A DNA stretch of 64,000 nucleotides, taken from assembly GCF_026210795.1 (NCBI RefSeq), contig NC_089434.1, positions 4,898,001 through 4,962,000 on the forward strand, in the 5' to 3' direction. The notes under the pieces were generated by a model. It worked only from the letters and a program-made list of their open reading frames with translations. It was not told where the DNA came from and searched no databases. The position numbers were made by a program, and so were the translations under genes. Of the stretch, positions 25,048 through 39,203 are shown one piece after another. The DNA comes from Rhizophagus irregularis. Its lineage: Eukaryota. Each line of letters opens with the position of its first letter. Positions within the stretch are counted from its first letter, which is position 1.

Positions 25048-27691
25048 ACACCATTTTATTAACCGGAGCAACGATAGGCGATTTTTTCTTAATTTTCTTA
25101 ACGATCAAATCTATCTGTACTTGTAACCCATAAAGCTGAAAAGCTATCGGGCTAATTCCAAGTCAAGTATAGAAAGATTTGTCTCATGAGTAGGAGGAGC
25201 GCCGATATTTTTTTTTTGTAGACCCGAGCAATTCTAACAAAAGAAGAAGAAGTCATTGATCTTTTAGTAAATAGTTTTTTATCAAATTACAAATGAAGTC
25301 ATTGATAATAAATAATTTTTTATCATAAATTACCTTGAAAATAGCGCGCATCAAAACGTTCACGACGTACTCAAGAAAATCTTGAGCAAAATGATTCTTC
25401 TATACAACTTTGTATAGTTGTGAAAAAAATGTATTGTTGTGCGGGTAGTTGTGAAAAAAAATTTTCGATGAAGTTTTTAAGTTTAAAAATTAACCACTGT
25501 TTAGACCAAGACCTCTATTTATATACAAAATTGCAAGTTACTGAATTAGGATCGTGTTTCGTATTTTGTTGGAATTATCGTGTTTTGTTGTGAAGAATTT
25601 TAGATTGTTTTGATTCGTAACTGTAAAAGGAAAAGCACGTAACTGACTTAATACGTAACTGACTTTAACCCACGTGTAATACTATAATACTTTGTAATAA
25701 CAAATTGCGTGAAGTCGTGAATTAGTAAAATTCATTAGACGTGACGTGACGCGCGTGACGCTCAAAAGATGACTTAGAAAAACGAAGTATAGTACTAAAC
25801 GTAAAAATAATATTAATAAAAAATTCAATAGATTTAAATCATAAATTAGTAATTATGTACAATTTTAATAAAAAATTGAGTCCATTACTGTCGAACCGTT
25901 ATCCGGGATATCGTAATTCGTAATTGTTGCGCCACTACTGCCACTACTATAATGGTGGATTTAAATTTATCCGGATTCCTGTCAAAATCCGGATATTTAA
26001 TCATCCGGATATCCGGGAAAATAAATTACCCGGTCACGAAAAGTCCATAAGCAGCAAATTTTAAATCCTTTCAAAGAATTCTCAGCCTTTTTTTATTTCT
26101 TGTTGATATTCACGATTTCACGCATTGACATTATCATATGGTCGGCTTTTTGTTTTTCTCAGAAGCAGAAAAGCCTTTAACAAGGTAAAATTCAAGAATT
26201 CTTAGTTGTGAAATAATTTTTCTCTCCAATTTTATTTCGCAATCTCTTTGTATTACAATATAGATTAAAGAATAAAGTAAACAATTGAAAAGTCTGATGA
26301 TATAAAGTAAATATTTTTATGCCTAATAACTAATTATCCAAGGTTTTACACAAATAAAAAAATGAAGCATACCCTGTTATATAAAATAAGATAAATAATC
26401 ATGTTCAGTTCCTAATCAATTAAACTTTTTATATGTTTATTTATTGTTCCTGAATTCAGTTTTTTGTAAATTTAACAATAAATGATGTAGATAGTACAAC
26501 GACAAATGAACTAATAATATGACAGGTCGGTAGACTTGACATTTCCTGAAATATATTACACTAAGATTTTGCGATGGCAAGAATTGTTGGAGGAAAAAAA
26601 AGAATATTTTAAAACAAAGAAGAATATGATATGATAGTAGCAAATAATTCTGACAACAATTTATACATTTTATATTTAAGAATTCGATAGAATTCGATTA
26701 ACCGATTCCGATTAACCACGATTTATTTTATTTAACCTATTTTTTCATAATAACAAAAATCACTACCATAGATAGGTAGAGATAATCATAGTGTAATTTA
26801 AAATCTTTTTTTTTAAAAAAGTACTGAGTAATATTACGTAGAATTTTAAAATTTAAGTTTCGCTTAATTTAATATTGAATATATTAGTGACCATACGACA
26901 CACAAACACGCCATAGCATCAAATTCTTAGATATAACTTCGAAAGTATTTGAAGAAATGTTCTTGTAATTTCTTACGCCACAACTTTTGAATTCTAAAAT
27001 AGAAAGAAAATTAAAAAGAAACCCTTCTTACACATCTATTTTTATTAGCTGAATTTTTTTATTTTCTAAAAGGTTGTTGCAAAGGTCGAAACTATTTTGA
27101 TAAGAATTAATTTTTACATTTATATTTTTCGCATTGACTATTGATGGTAAATGGATTTAAGAATCAGATATTGTTGCTACAAAATTTCAAGAAAATTCGA
27201 TGATTAGGTTTGTATTTTCAGGTTTTAACGTGAATAAGGGAATATTAGTTTTTTGAGTATGTCGATGATGAAATTATATTTAAAATTTTCGTGTAGGATA
27301 ATCATCGGTTTGATTTTTAATATATATTTAGTTTTTAAGATGGCGCAGCAGATATTGTACCTAATCTTAATTTCGTAATCAAGATAATGGTACAGCAATA
27401 GATAAGAACGTCACATTCATTACATTTTATAATAAAATCATATTTTTTGATTTATAATTTATTTTTACATATAAAAAAGGAGACAATTTATAAGCTTATT
27501 TTTGGATAAAATTTTTAAAAAAGTGAAACGAAAACGGAAAAGAATTGAAGTAGATTACTTCGTATGCTATAGATTGCAAAAAGATTAAATTAGTTGAGAG
27601 TTGTAATTTGGATAAATTCATTTTATTTTAATTAATTCATCTTAACTAACCATAATTTTATTTTTCTTTTTTCTTTTTTTTTCGGGGGAAA

Positions 27692-27745
27692 ACGGTTTTT
27701 GAGAACGGTTTTGATGGCGGTTTTGATGGCGGTTTTGATGGTTTT
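27692..27745. repeat. Short 12-14 bp tandem repeat
   Basis: (C)GGTTTTGATGG-like unit, about 4-5 copies. Confidence 0.7.
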
Positions 27746-30700
27746 GGGGGAATAATTCTTTTTTTTTTTGATAATTTTATTTTTGTTAATTTTGTTAATG
27801 AAATAAGATCATAATTAATATCTTAAGTTTTTTTAGAATATCTTCATATTCTTATTTTGACCGGGACTGTTTTATGGTTGCTTTTATATTTAATTTTTAA
27901 ACCTTGCGCAGCATCATACGAACCATAAAAGTCAAATGAAACGAATAAGGATACATATTACAAATCAAAAAACTTAATTAAAAGGAAGAACAACGCGTAA
28001 TAACATACATGAAAATGATTAAATCGCGGAAAATCGCGGAAATCACAGAAATAAATTATAAATATTATAAATAAATAAATAAATATCCCGCCATTTCAAC
28101 ATCTTTGTGTAAATCATGAGATGAAGCAACTAAGAAAAACAAATATGAGCCTGTAATCTAAATTAATCGAAACAATAACGCCTCTATGTTCCTTTCAAAG
28201 AAAGATAATGCGTCTGTTTAATTTCATACATAATTATTGTTTGAATGATACGGATGGATACGAAGATACGGAAATAATTAACGTAAAAAAAGTAAAATAT
28301 TTTAAAGTGTACTGTATAATGAATGAATGAATTATCGTAAAATTTATTCAAGGGCATATAAATGAATATAATTTATTAATTTATAAAAATAAATAAATTA
28401 TATAAATATATTACATACAATATTTTAATTTTTTAATTTTAAAAACAAAAAATTACGTGGCTAATAATTATTTTCTTACTAAACCATATTTGGATCCTTT
28501 GCAGATCCTGAGCAGGGTGAAATTTCCCACCAATTATCTATTTTTATTGATAAAAAACACGTCGATCAGCGATCTTTTTGGTTATTCCACGAATTAACGA
28601 ATTACTAAAATGAAAATCTTGAACAAAGGACATGATGCTTTGAAACATCATAAGCATATGATAAAAGTTTTAAGTTTAACGAAAAAGTCAATATATTGTC
28701 ATTTGATTAATAATTATATATGCAAATAAAATCATGAATTATCGAAAGTTATCAGTTATCATTATTCAATCATATATTGATCACCTAAAATATTGGAGTT
28801 GATCTTAATCGTAAATAACCAATGATTTATGGCATTGAATTAGTTTATTATTGATTGATTTAATTTCGTGATATGTTTCTATTTTTTTTTTTAATTTGAT
28901 TATTAAAAATTTTTTTTGGTACTTCGTTACAAATACATTCCGTTTCAAAATTGATTTCATTGATTAACTTAATTTTCGACTAAAAAAAAATGGAAATAAT
29001 TAAATAATTATTCAGGGATTAAATATTTTAAATTATTTAAAAACGGATTATATTAAAATTTAAGGTTCATAATATAATGTTATAGTTTCGTTATTTTATT
29101 TTGTTCTATAAATTCCATATATGGAAGTTCCCCCTGAATTACAAGTTTATTAAGTTGTAAATAAATTGATAAATCAGATAACGAATTTTTGATTTGTAAT
29201 CTTTGAATATTATTATTATTTAGAGAGTTGCAGTAATTTTTGTTAAAAGGTTATTGGTTACTAATTAATAATTATGTTTTTTTTAATAATAGTACCAATC
29301 ATCTCCAAAAGGACCAAACTATTATCCAAACTATTATTTTTTTTATTTTCGTTTAAGAAAGATTTTGAAATTCCAGAGCGTGATAGAATTTTCCAATATA
29401 AACGCGTGATTTCAATAATAAAGAAATTCTAAATTACATATATTGATTGTAATAAATTATAATAAAACCTTATCGTTTACGGAGTTCCGCAATTATGCAA
29501 AGGAGAACAATAATATCGAACGAAATAATATTATATAATTAAAGTTCTGTAAAAAGAACAAAGAACATGGATCAAAAAGACTATTTTTGTAGTCGTTATT
29601 ATAAGATTGTATTTTTATTTTTTTAATCTTTTAATCAAATACAGAATTAAATAATGAATCAAACATATGTGAAACATTACAAAAAATATATTTCTAATAT
29701 TACAAATTATTTCACATGCACAAAAAAAAAATATCGTGAGAAGGAGAACTTTAAATTTTATTATCGTTATCAGTTATTATTGATTTTCAAATAAATAATT
29801 CTAAAAAAATATGTTACATTCGAAAATTCCAATGGATGCATATTGGCGTTTATTTATCTTATCTGCCATCCATCCTTTGTTATTGTTTAAATTTATTTTT
29901 TTTAAAAAAAATAATAAAGTCCCAAGTAAAGTTAATAAATGAATGATCAACACAAATAAGTAAATTTAGGTAAATTATTATTAAATTCCTATTTTTATAA
30001 AAGGTTTTTGTTAAAAAAAGAATTTTAGAAGTTGTATCGCGAAATTCGAAATTTTCTTCTCATTTATAATTACATTTTTTTGTCACACAGGTAGATCACA
30101 TACAATTGACGTCTTTTTGAAACAAATCAAAAAAGTATTAATTATTTATTTGTTTACAAAATGCGATGTCTAACAAAAAAAAAGCACCAACATTTTTTTT
30201 CGGTGAATAAAAGTTTGTTGAAATAAAAAAAAAATTGATTTGTTCTACTGATTATAGAAACTTTAGGTGTCGTGACACCGATTAAGACGTATATGAATTT
30301 ATATGAATCGTTTTATTTTGAAAAACAAACTTGTGATACAATTATATCTGTAGTTATAATAATTTTCCCATAAAGGAAAAATATTCTTCATCTCCTTACA
30401 GTATGATAGAATTATGCTTCTCTAACATTTGATTTTTCAAATCATACGATGAAAAAATAAATAATCAATATAATTGTTTGGATATAGTTCATGTAATTAA
30501 AAACAATATCGTGAGAAATTTTTTTATTATGTTTGACAAACTCCCCAAACATAAACTCTTTTATTTACTGTTACATATCAGATAGATGTTGTATTCCGTT
30601 ATCGTATATCATTCTCTATTCGTATAAGTTATTAAATAATTATTAATCATTTAACTTTAAGATCACTCATACTTATTATAGTATGAACAAAAATCTATTA

Positions 30701-32281
30701 TACAGTTACCAATCGTTTATGGAAATTTATTGTTTCCATCAAGTATAAGATTTACACAATATTCACACTAAAATACAGTACATTTGGTAAATCCGGCCGG
30801 TATTATAAACTTGGGCAGAACTACATTTTTAATATAAAAATGTACTTCTTTTAAACTAATCTTTTAATATCAATCTTATATTTAATTATCAAACTTAATA
30901 ATCATTTATTCAAATTACATTTGTTTAAACTTAACAATTTGTTCATTTATTAATTTTTATTTCTTTTTTTAATATTTCACTTTACATTCTTTCAATCTCT
31001 TAATTTAAATCATAACTTATTTTATAATAATAATTTCTTTTTATTTGTTGATTTTTACCAAAATATTCTTATCAAAAACTTTTACCAAAATTTTTCCCTT
31101 TTATGAATTCTTTCACTTTAGACCTCTGTTTTATATTTAGTATAACTTTCCAGTAAAAAGTTTTCATTAGGTTTTTGTAAAAAAAAATGTAAACAAATTA
31201 ATATAACATTTTTAATACAATTATGAGCATCCATTTGTACATTATTTGTCAATATTTTTATGTAGAATTCAAAGATAATTTGTTATAAATTTGAAGTAAA
31301 TTTGTATTTTATAGTGCATCTTTTGCTATGAGCCTATGACAAATAGTTAAAATATAATTTATCATAATTTAAAAAAAATATTACTAAAAAAGAAATCCAA
31401 AGAGCTTAAAAGAAAAAAAAAGTGAGAATATGTAAATAAAAATATTAGAATACATTAATAATATAACTAAAGCTAAATGAAAACAAAGTACTTACATTCA
31501 AATAAATGCTTTAAAATTACTTATACTTTTTTACATTTGTAAGCAGAGTATTTTACTGCTAAAAAGGATTTTTTACCAGTTTTTTTTACTTTACATTTTT
31601 GATTAGAAGTTCCAAAAGCTTCATCATTATTAATATTTGGTTAGTTTATTTTAAACTTATAATCTGGATATTTTGCTGTTAAAGAGGAGTCTTTACCAAT
31701 TTCTTTTGCTTCATATTCCTAACCAATAGAAGTTTTAACAGTTTTGCCATTATCAATATTTGATTGTTTTACTTTAAGCTTATAATCAGGACACTTTATT
31801 GTTAGAAAAGGAGTCTTTATTAGCTTCTTTTGCTTTATACAAAAGATTATATTGAATGTGCAAATCTTTTATTTAAAGTATTTAAAAGGTTTAAAAATAA
31901 TGGTGAAGAGAATTATTTAAATAATTATATTATTCCAACAATTTATGACTAGCTAGAACAAGTAAATATTAGAAGAGCTATAGTATTAAGAAATAATAAA
32001 GAACTAAAATCTGAAATTCCTTTAAAAATATTAAATTTAATTCCTATAATTGGTTCTTTTCAAAATCTTACTTACTTATAATAAAGATCATTATAGAAAA
32101 TTGGCCCTTTACTAATAATTTTTACCTTGTTTTTTTCTTAAATTCTATTGGTTAATTTGCTAAAAAGTAAAAAAATTATATATAAAATTTTCTTTTGTAA
32201 TAGGATTTGCAAAGAATTTTATATGATTTTTATCTTAAATCTATCTTATAAGTAAGCAGAACCCTTTCTTTTTATATACTA

Positions 32282-32483
32282 CAGTAGCTTTTAAAAGCAA
32301 TGTAACACCTGTATTACTGATCATTAAATATACATTATTTTGTCATATGATATCCAATAAAAGTGAAATTTATTCTATTAATAATTTATCAGATAATCTT
32401 ACTAAATATATAAATTTCACATGTTTTGTTTTTATATCACATGTTTAGAGTATAAATCAGTGTTACGTTGCTTTTATCACTAT
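32282..32483. mobile_element. Possible small Tc1-type MITE or TIR pair
   Basis: TA|CAGTAG..TAAAAGCAATGTAACAC is inverted as GTGTTACGTTGCTTTTATCACTA at about 32460-32483. Confidence 0.45.
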
Positions 32484-32591
32484 AATAAAGAAAAATATTT
32501 TAATTATTCTTATCTTCTAAATTATTTTCTAAGTGTAATGTAATGTAAATTCTCAAATAGTGGGTATATTTACCTACTTCTTTATTTCAAA

Positions 32592-33262
32592 ATGCCTAAA
32601 AATACATTAAGTATTAAAGATAAAATTAAGGCCATTACACTATTTGAAGAAGATTATAGTTATCATTAAGTTGTATTAAGATTAAGTAATAATGTTCACC
32701 CTTTAACAATACTAAAATTAAAAAAAAAAAATATGACAAGGTAGGTACAGTTCAAAATAAGCCACTTAAAAATTGACTTTATCTATTAATAGAAAGAGAT
32801 AAGAGAAAAATTATATGTAAAATTATAATAAATGAATGTTCAACAGTCATTAATGTTCAAAAATCATTGAAAAAATAGAGGTTAGTGCTAATACAATTAG
32901 GAGAACTCTTAAAAAAAATGGTCTAAGTTCAAGAGTAAAGCACTATTATCTAAAATTCACCAAAAAAAATGTTTAAAGTTTGCAATAAAATATAAAAACT
33001 GGACTGTTGAAAATTAGAAAAAAGTAATTTGGTCAGACAAATCTAAATTTCAAATATTTGGGTTTGATGGTAAGAAATATTATTGAAAAAAATATGGTAA
33101 GTTGTTAAATAATAAACATGTGAAGCCTATGGTAAAGTTTAATGAAGGAAGTATTTTTGTTTGGAAATATTTTATATATTTAGGTGTTAGATATTTTACT
33201 CGAATTAAGAGAGGATTAGATGGAGATCTCTATTGTCAAATACTTAATGATGAGTTTTTAAA
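32592..33262 (+). pseudogene. Decayed Tc1 transposase (N-terminal part)
   Basis: MPKNTLSIKDKIKAITLFEE start, WTVEN*KKVIWSDKSKFQIFG (Tc1 W..VIWSDESKF) and KPMVKFNEGSIFVW (KHGGGS.MVW-like). Stops and frameshifts. Confidence 0.8.
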
Positions 33263-33681
33263 TACTTTATAGAAACTTCAAATTTTCAAATAATATCATT
33301 TTGATATCATTTTAATATTGATTTAATATCAATTTAATATCAATATGATATTAAAATAAAATATTATCATTTTAATATTAAAATGATATTAAAATAGTAT
33401 CAAAATGATATTAAAATGATAATTAAAATAATATTGAAACAATATATTTAAGTTTAACTTAAAGATGTCATTTCGATGTCATTTTAATTATTATTTTGAT
33501 ATTATTTTAATATTAATTTAATATTGATTTAATATTGATATAATATCAAAATGATAATACTTTATTTTGATATCATATCGATATTGAATCAATATTAAAA
33601 TAATATCAAAATAATACCATTAAGATAAACTTAATGATATCAATTTTATATTAATTAAAAATGTTAAGTTTTTGTAAAGTA
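33263..33681. mobile_element. Decayed AT-rich palindromic MITE truncating the Tc1 relic
   Basis: TACTTTATAGAAACTT vs reverse complement TACTTTACAAAAACTT. Interior is made of ATATCATTTT/AAAATGATAT repeats. Confidence 0.5.
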
Positions 33682-33910
33682 GGCAAAAATTATAACCAAC
33701 AAGTCTTTTTAAAAAAATTTGTGCACTTGAAAATCAATATATTTTTAATTAAAAATATATACTTTCTTAGAAAATAAAAATTTTTTATGATATTACTAGC
33801 AAAAAAATCCTTGAAAAAAAGTACAGGACACTGCATTCAACAAATTATTCAACGCAGGTAAGGAGTTATGTGCTAAACATATAGATGAGTCAGATGAGTA
33901 TGATTAGAAC

Positions 33911-34490
33911 ATGCTTGTATATGAGATAGAGGATTTATCTGAATATGGTATTACTCCTACTGAATATTATATCAACTTCAGGGTCATATTATACAGCTTT
34001 AGAAGTTGGGTCAATGAAACCAGAGGCCTAATTAATACATTTACACTGATCAAGTACAAAGAACTTGCGGATATTATAAGAGCGTATAAGGTAAATAGAG
34101 ACATCAAGATCATCTCCACGCCTTCTGGTTATGAAACTATGAAGATGAATAAAGGGAAGGTACAAGAGATCCCAGTGGAGTGTCCAAAGACTGATATAGA
34201 GCGTAAATAAGAAGCTGCCAATGGACTTGTAGATGAGTTTGGTGAAGTGGATATTGATGAGGTCTATGATATGATTGACTCCATTTAATAAGATAAGTGT
34301 CACGTAATTATCTTATATTTTTTGTTCTAAATTATCCTACACTTATTATAAAGAAAAGCTATATTACAACTGAATACAATTCGTAGTTATATCAAATGGC
34401 CCATTCAAAAATTGCACACGCCTTACCAACACGACCTGATATCAAAGAACTCCAATATTCTGGTGCTTGCTTTTCACAAAGGGCTATAAC
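33911..34490 (+). pseudogene. Fragments of uncharacterised coding sequence, truncated at 34491 by a TE end
   Basis: Coding-like composition. A 99-aa ORF with an acidic continuation past its stop, then MAHSKIAHALPTRPDIKELQYSG running into the repeat. Confidence 0.35.
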
Positions 34491-34720
34491 TAGTGTTCTG
34501 AATGGATTGAATCAGATCGGATTTGAGATGAATCCGATCCGATCTGAATTCAGATCAAAAATAATTGGATCTGATCTGATCTGAATCTGAAATGAACTTG
34601 ATTCAATTCGGTCTGAATCCAATTTGAATAAAACTGATCTGATCTGAATTCAATCTGAATCAGAAATTAAAAAAACGTTTTGCAACATTTTTTTAAAGAT
34701 TTATTTAATAAAAAACGTTA
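34491..34720. mobile_element. hAT-like element terminus
   Basis: Starts TAGTGTTCTGAA, followed by dense 5-bp GATCT/GAATC/GATCC subterminal repeats. The partner end was not found. Confidence 0.5.
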
Positions 34721-35559
34721 CGTTCATACTAATTTTTAAAAATTGTGAGTGATTAGCTGAGTTTATAAATGACCGGGAATCTTCATTTAGTTATTTCCCG
34801 GTCTCATATAGATAGCCAGAAAATTACTAATTTTAGTTTAAAATAGTTAAAATAGTTATGGTCCGGTGCAAAAAGATTCGTACCTCACCAAAAAAGGAAA
34901 GGATTTACACCAAGGAGAAATCCTGTATAACTAAACATATCGGTCTGAAATTCACACGTTTGTTAGAATATAACCATCTGAATCTGCTGCTTAAAAAATT
35001 TTTATTATACAATGCTTCCTTCTTTCTCAAAACGAAGTGGCGCACCACTAACAGACAATGAAAAATTAATGATAATAAATGCGCATAATTATCTCTCTAA
35101 GGTTAACTTTCCAGAAGAAAGCCATCCGAAGTCCACATTACGCAAGCGAGTTGCTGAGGCACTGGGTGTTGCAGAAAGTACAGTTGGGTGCGTTGTGGCA
35201 GACTGGAATAAGCGCAATGACGGTACATTTACTAAGGTTGCTTGCCGAAACTAGAGGGTTTCGGCAGAATGGCGTACGCGAAACTGCCGAAACTAGTTTC
35301 GCGAAATCATCAAGAAATGCCGAAACTGCGAAACCTATCAAAATCGCGAAATTGCCGTAACTTGCCGAAACTGTTTCGGCGTTTCGGCAATACTTTCTAT
35401 ATGATTTAATTAGAGTTTCGGCATTTAAACAATTTATAAGAATAAAGATTAAAGACAATATGATTTTTTGTATGTAAATATTTATTTTATAATATTTAAT
35501 ATTAAACTAATAAAATACACGATTAAAAATATAATAAAAATTAAAATTTAATAATATCT

Positions 35560-36232
35560 TTATCTTCTATGTGGGGACCTGCTTCTACCTCTTCTTCTAT
35601 CTCTACTTCTGTCCCGTCTTCTATCTCTACTTCTATCTCGTCTTCTATCTCTACTTCTATCTCGTCTTCTATCTCTACTTCTTGATCTACTTCGATCGGG
35701 ACCTAGATCGCGACCTTCTTCTTTCCCTTCGCAATCTATATTCATATCGACGTCGATCATGCGCAGCATGCTGCCGTCGATACTCTCGTCTAAACAGATC
35801 TAAAATCCAATAAAAATATTAATGAATTGAATGAATTGCCTAAATAAAATTAATTTAAAATAATAATTAATAATAATTACCGGTTTGTAACCAGAATTCA
35901 TCGTTCATATCAGCAAAACACGCTCTATCGAAACTATTTGGGCTTATAATAGGAATGTCGTCATCATTATTATTTATTATCCTACTGAGGTTTTCATAAC
36001 CTCGTTTGAGGGCATTCCATTTTGTTTGGCATTGCCTGGGTGTCGCTGCAAATCCCGTTGCAACGAACACCCTACTTGCTATTATTGTCCATGCATTTAC
36101 ATGATGACGGTTTGCAATTCTTTCGAATTGCTGATGTAAGTTTCTCCGCTCCGCGATTAATTGCCTAGCTGCGTTAATCGTCCATTGGAATACTGGTGGT
36201 GGCGGTGGGACAAAAGGTACTAATGCTGCCAT
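35560..36232 (-). CDS. Myb/SANT (trihelix-like) protein with an Arg/Ser-rich tail; exon 1 36232-35881, exon 2 from 35799 or 35789
   Basis: WT..AARQLI..R.....F.......NAW..IA.......TPRQCQTKWNALKRGY Myb/SANT pattern. Donor GTAATT at 35880. The downstream exon encodes RS/RD repeats (24-bp unit). Confidence 0.75.
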
Positions 36233-36570
36233 TTTTTATTTTTATGATTTTTTCGTAACTTGAAATTTGAAAATTAAATACAATTTGAAAATTAAAATAC
36301 AATTTGGTTTTGAATTGCGAAAAAAAAATTCAAATTTCATAATATTTATAATAATTTTAAAATTCGTTATAATGTTTAAAACATGAACTGATGAACATAA
36401 TAACATTCTACATAATTAAAGTATTTGTAACAAAATAAACACAGTTTTGATTCTAATGTAATAAATTTAATTAACGCAGTTCTAAATTTTTTTTGTAACG
36501 CAGTTCTTAAAATTTATTGATCTAATGTAATAAATTTAATTAACGAAGTCCTTAAAACTTATTGATTCTA

Positions 36571-36725
36571 ATATAATATGCTTATCCTTATTCCTTAATT
36601 AAATTGCACTATTTTTAAAATATAATATGCTTATCCTTATTCCTTAATTAAATTGCACTATTTTTAAAATATAATATGCTTATCCTTATTCCTTAATTAA
36701 ATTGCAATGTTTTAAAATATAATAT
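36571..36725. repeat. 3 x 49-bp tandem repeat between the two hAT genes
   Basis: ATATAATATGCTTATCCTTATTCCTTAATTAAATTGCA starts at 36571, 36620 and 36669. Confidence 0.9.
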
Positions 36726-36900
36726 AAAATTACAATTGCCTGCATTGCCTGCATAATTATATGTTAACTGGACTTTGATCGCGAATATTTTGCCCTGCAT
36801 AATTACATCATTTATTTCCTAAATAGTATCATTATTTAAATCACATGATATTAGAATTAATTCTCATTGGATTAACTATTGTAATTATTTCTCATTATTA

Positions 36901-39203
36901 TTATTCCTCATTATCATCATAATTATCGTCATTATTATCACCGTCATCCATACCTAATACATCATCTATATCATAATCATAGTCACCTTCTCCCCGGGTC
37001 TCTTTGTTATTACCACTATCATCAACTTCATCATCTTCCGCATTATTTTCATCTGAATCATCCAATATATCTCTTGGAATATCGCCGATTTCACTAGTAA
37101 TTGAATCATGCGATAAATTAACAAATTGATCAATCCATAGACTTTCGATTACTACACGGCAATTGTCTTCGGGTATTGTTTCGCCGCTTGTAGTTAATCT
37201 CTGAGTAGAAGCTTGCTCCTCATTATATTCCTCATCGTCATCTTCTGCAAAAGCTTCTGCAATACGTATATTGATCTCATCATAACTAAGACGAGTATTC
37301 TTTTTTTGATCAATTCCATAAAATCCAAGTTCAGTTTTTGAATTGGATTTCCAATACAAAATTAATTTGCACATGGATTCTAGTTTATCCACATTAAGAT
37401 TTAAGCGACGTTTATGAAATAGCCATCCTAAAGTCGAAAATCCACGTTCGCAAGTTGCTGAGTTAGGACATATTGCAAATAGATAACTTGCAATTCTTGG
37501 CAGGACATCTGGTTCTGGTTCGGTATTAATATATTTCCACCAATTCACGGGATTATCTTTAGCAAAACCGATATCTAGGTCAAATGGCTCTTGCTCATTA
37601 ATATATTTCTGTATTTGATCACATAAAGTTTCAGCTTCGTAACGGTCGAAACCTAAATTTTTCCCGATTGAAGCTGCACATTTGATAATTCTCATGAGGG
37701 CGCATTTTTTAAGTGGCGCGTTTCTAAATCTGGGATCCATAAAAAAACAAGTAATATACTTATCATCATCGAATTCATCAAATCTTTCATTTATTACTTT
37801 GATACAATGACTTCGGAATGCAGGATTTAATGATTTGGGTAACTTTTTTAATGTAGCTGCAAGTCTTGCCAAGCTCAGGAAACAATCTGCAAGTGTAGCT
37901 CTTCTCGATTCTAATGAAAGTACCGCTTTTCTTAGAGGATCCAGAACAAATCCAAGAACTCGTAAATTTGAAAAAAAATTTCTCGATTGAATAATCGGTT
38001 TTATTTTATCATTTGTTAGCACTTTATCGTGATCGCTGGCCATTTCTTCTAGTGCTGATTCCAAATTTATTACTGAATTTACGGATTCACTAGCAGTAGT
38101 CCAGCGTGTCTTGCAATATAATTTTAATCCTCCTCCACTAATTCCTTTTTCTTTAATTATTTGAGCAAGTTTTGCATTAGCCTGATGAGAACTTCTAAAA
38201 AAGGTTGTCAAAATATTAACACGTTTTAATAAACGTTCCCCAAACTTCTCCTTGACGATGTCGCATGCAATTAAATTGATAGAATGTGCAACGCATCGCA
38301 CATTCTCAATCTTTGGATGATTCTCATGTATAATTTTTCGTGCATTACGAACATTGGCCGCATTATCGGAAACTACAGCACATATTCGATCTTCTCCAAT
38401 ACCTTCTATAACCTTTTCAATTACCGTAACTAGATATTCTGCAGTGTGCGAATTTTCAGACAAATCAGAAAGTTGATAAAGATATTCTTTACGCGACGGA
38501 GTCATTACAATGAAGTTCCAAATTGAACGATGTGTACCAGACGTCCAACCATCAAAGGCTAAATTATAAATTAATATTATATAGTAAGTAAGATTAAATA
38601 AAAATGACGTATGATAGCCTATTTAATTTAACAAACCTAACGTTAAATTCGTTTCCTTTTCAAGCTCAGAATTAACTTTGAAGTTCACTTGAGCTAATTC
38701 ACGTTCAAGTAGTTGATTTACTAATACTTCCCTTGTTGGTGTATTGTACCCGGCATTAAGCTCTTTTATAAAATTGATGAAAAAGGGATGTTCCACTACT
38801 CTAAACGCAATTCCGCACGCAATAAAAAATTTAACTAATGCACGATTAATTCGTGTACATCTTTGTTCGTTAAGCTCTGTTGAATCATGGTAATCATCCA
38901 TGTTACTTTGACCTTCAGAGTATTTTCTTTTTTGGATGACTTGGACTTATCTTGCCGTTCCATTACTTTAGTCATATACCTTCTAACAACTGCTGCTGGC
39001 GCATCTGGACAATGGTTTGAAAGATGCTCTTCGAGCTTTGAAACTTCACCGCGTGACCATGTATTCTTACAGTACTTGCAGGAGGCGGCAAATTTGCCAG
39101 AACCAACAGCTTCTCCTTTATTAATATCTTCCCAAATGCTATTAGGTGGCCGACCTCCTCTATTTTTCATTTTAATGGGTGAATCTTCTATGTGATCAGT
39201 CAT
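36901..39203 (-). CDS. hAT transposase with BED zinc finger, about 741 aa; exons 39203-38637 and 38558-36901; 1-bp frameshift in an A-run near 38930
   Basis: BED finger W..CKYC..HL..HC; LAFDGWT across the splice; VSDNAAN; CVAH; TRW; ATCERGFS; acidic tail. Confidence 0.92.

Noticed and set aside
25130..25175. Hairpin as the Helitron 3' terminus
   Set aside because: A stem is present but there is no clear CTRR end, and copy 2 is truncated so it cannot confirm.
25880..30700. Long region with ATCCGG repeats and a possible spliced non-coding exon near 26100-26270
   Set aside because: No ORF, RNA structure or TIR/TSD that can be supported from sequence alone.
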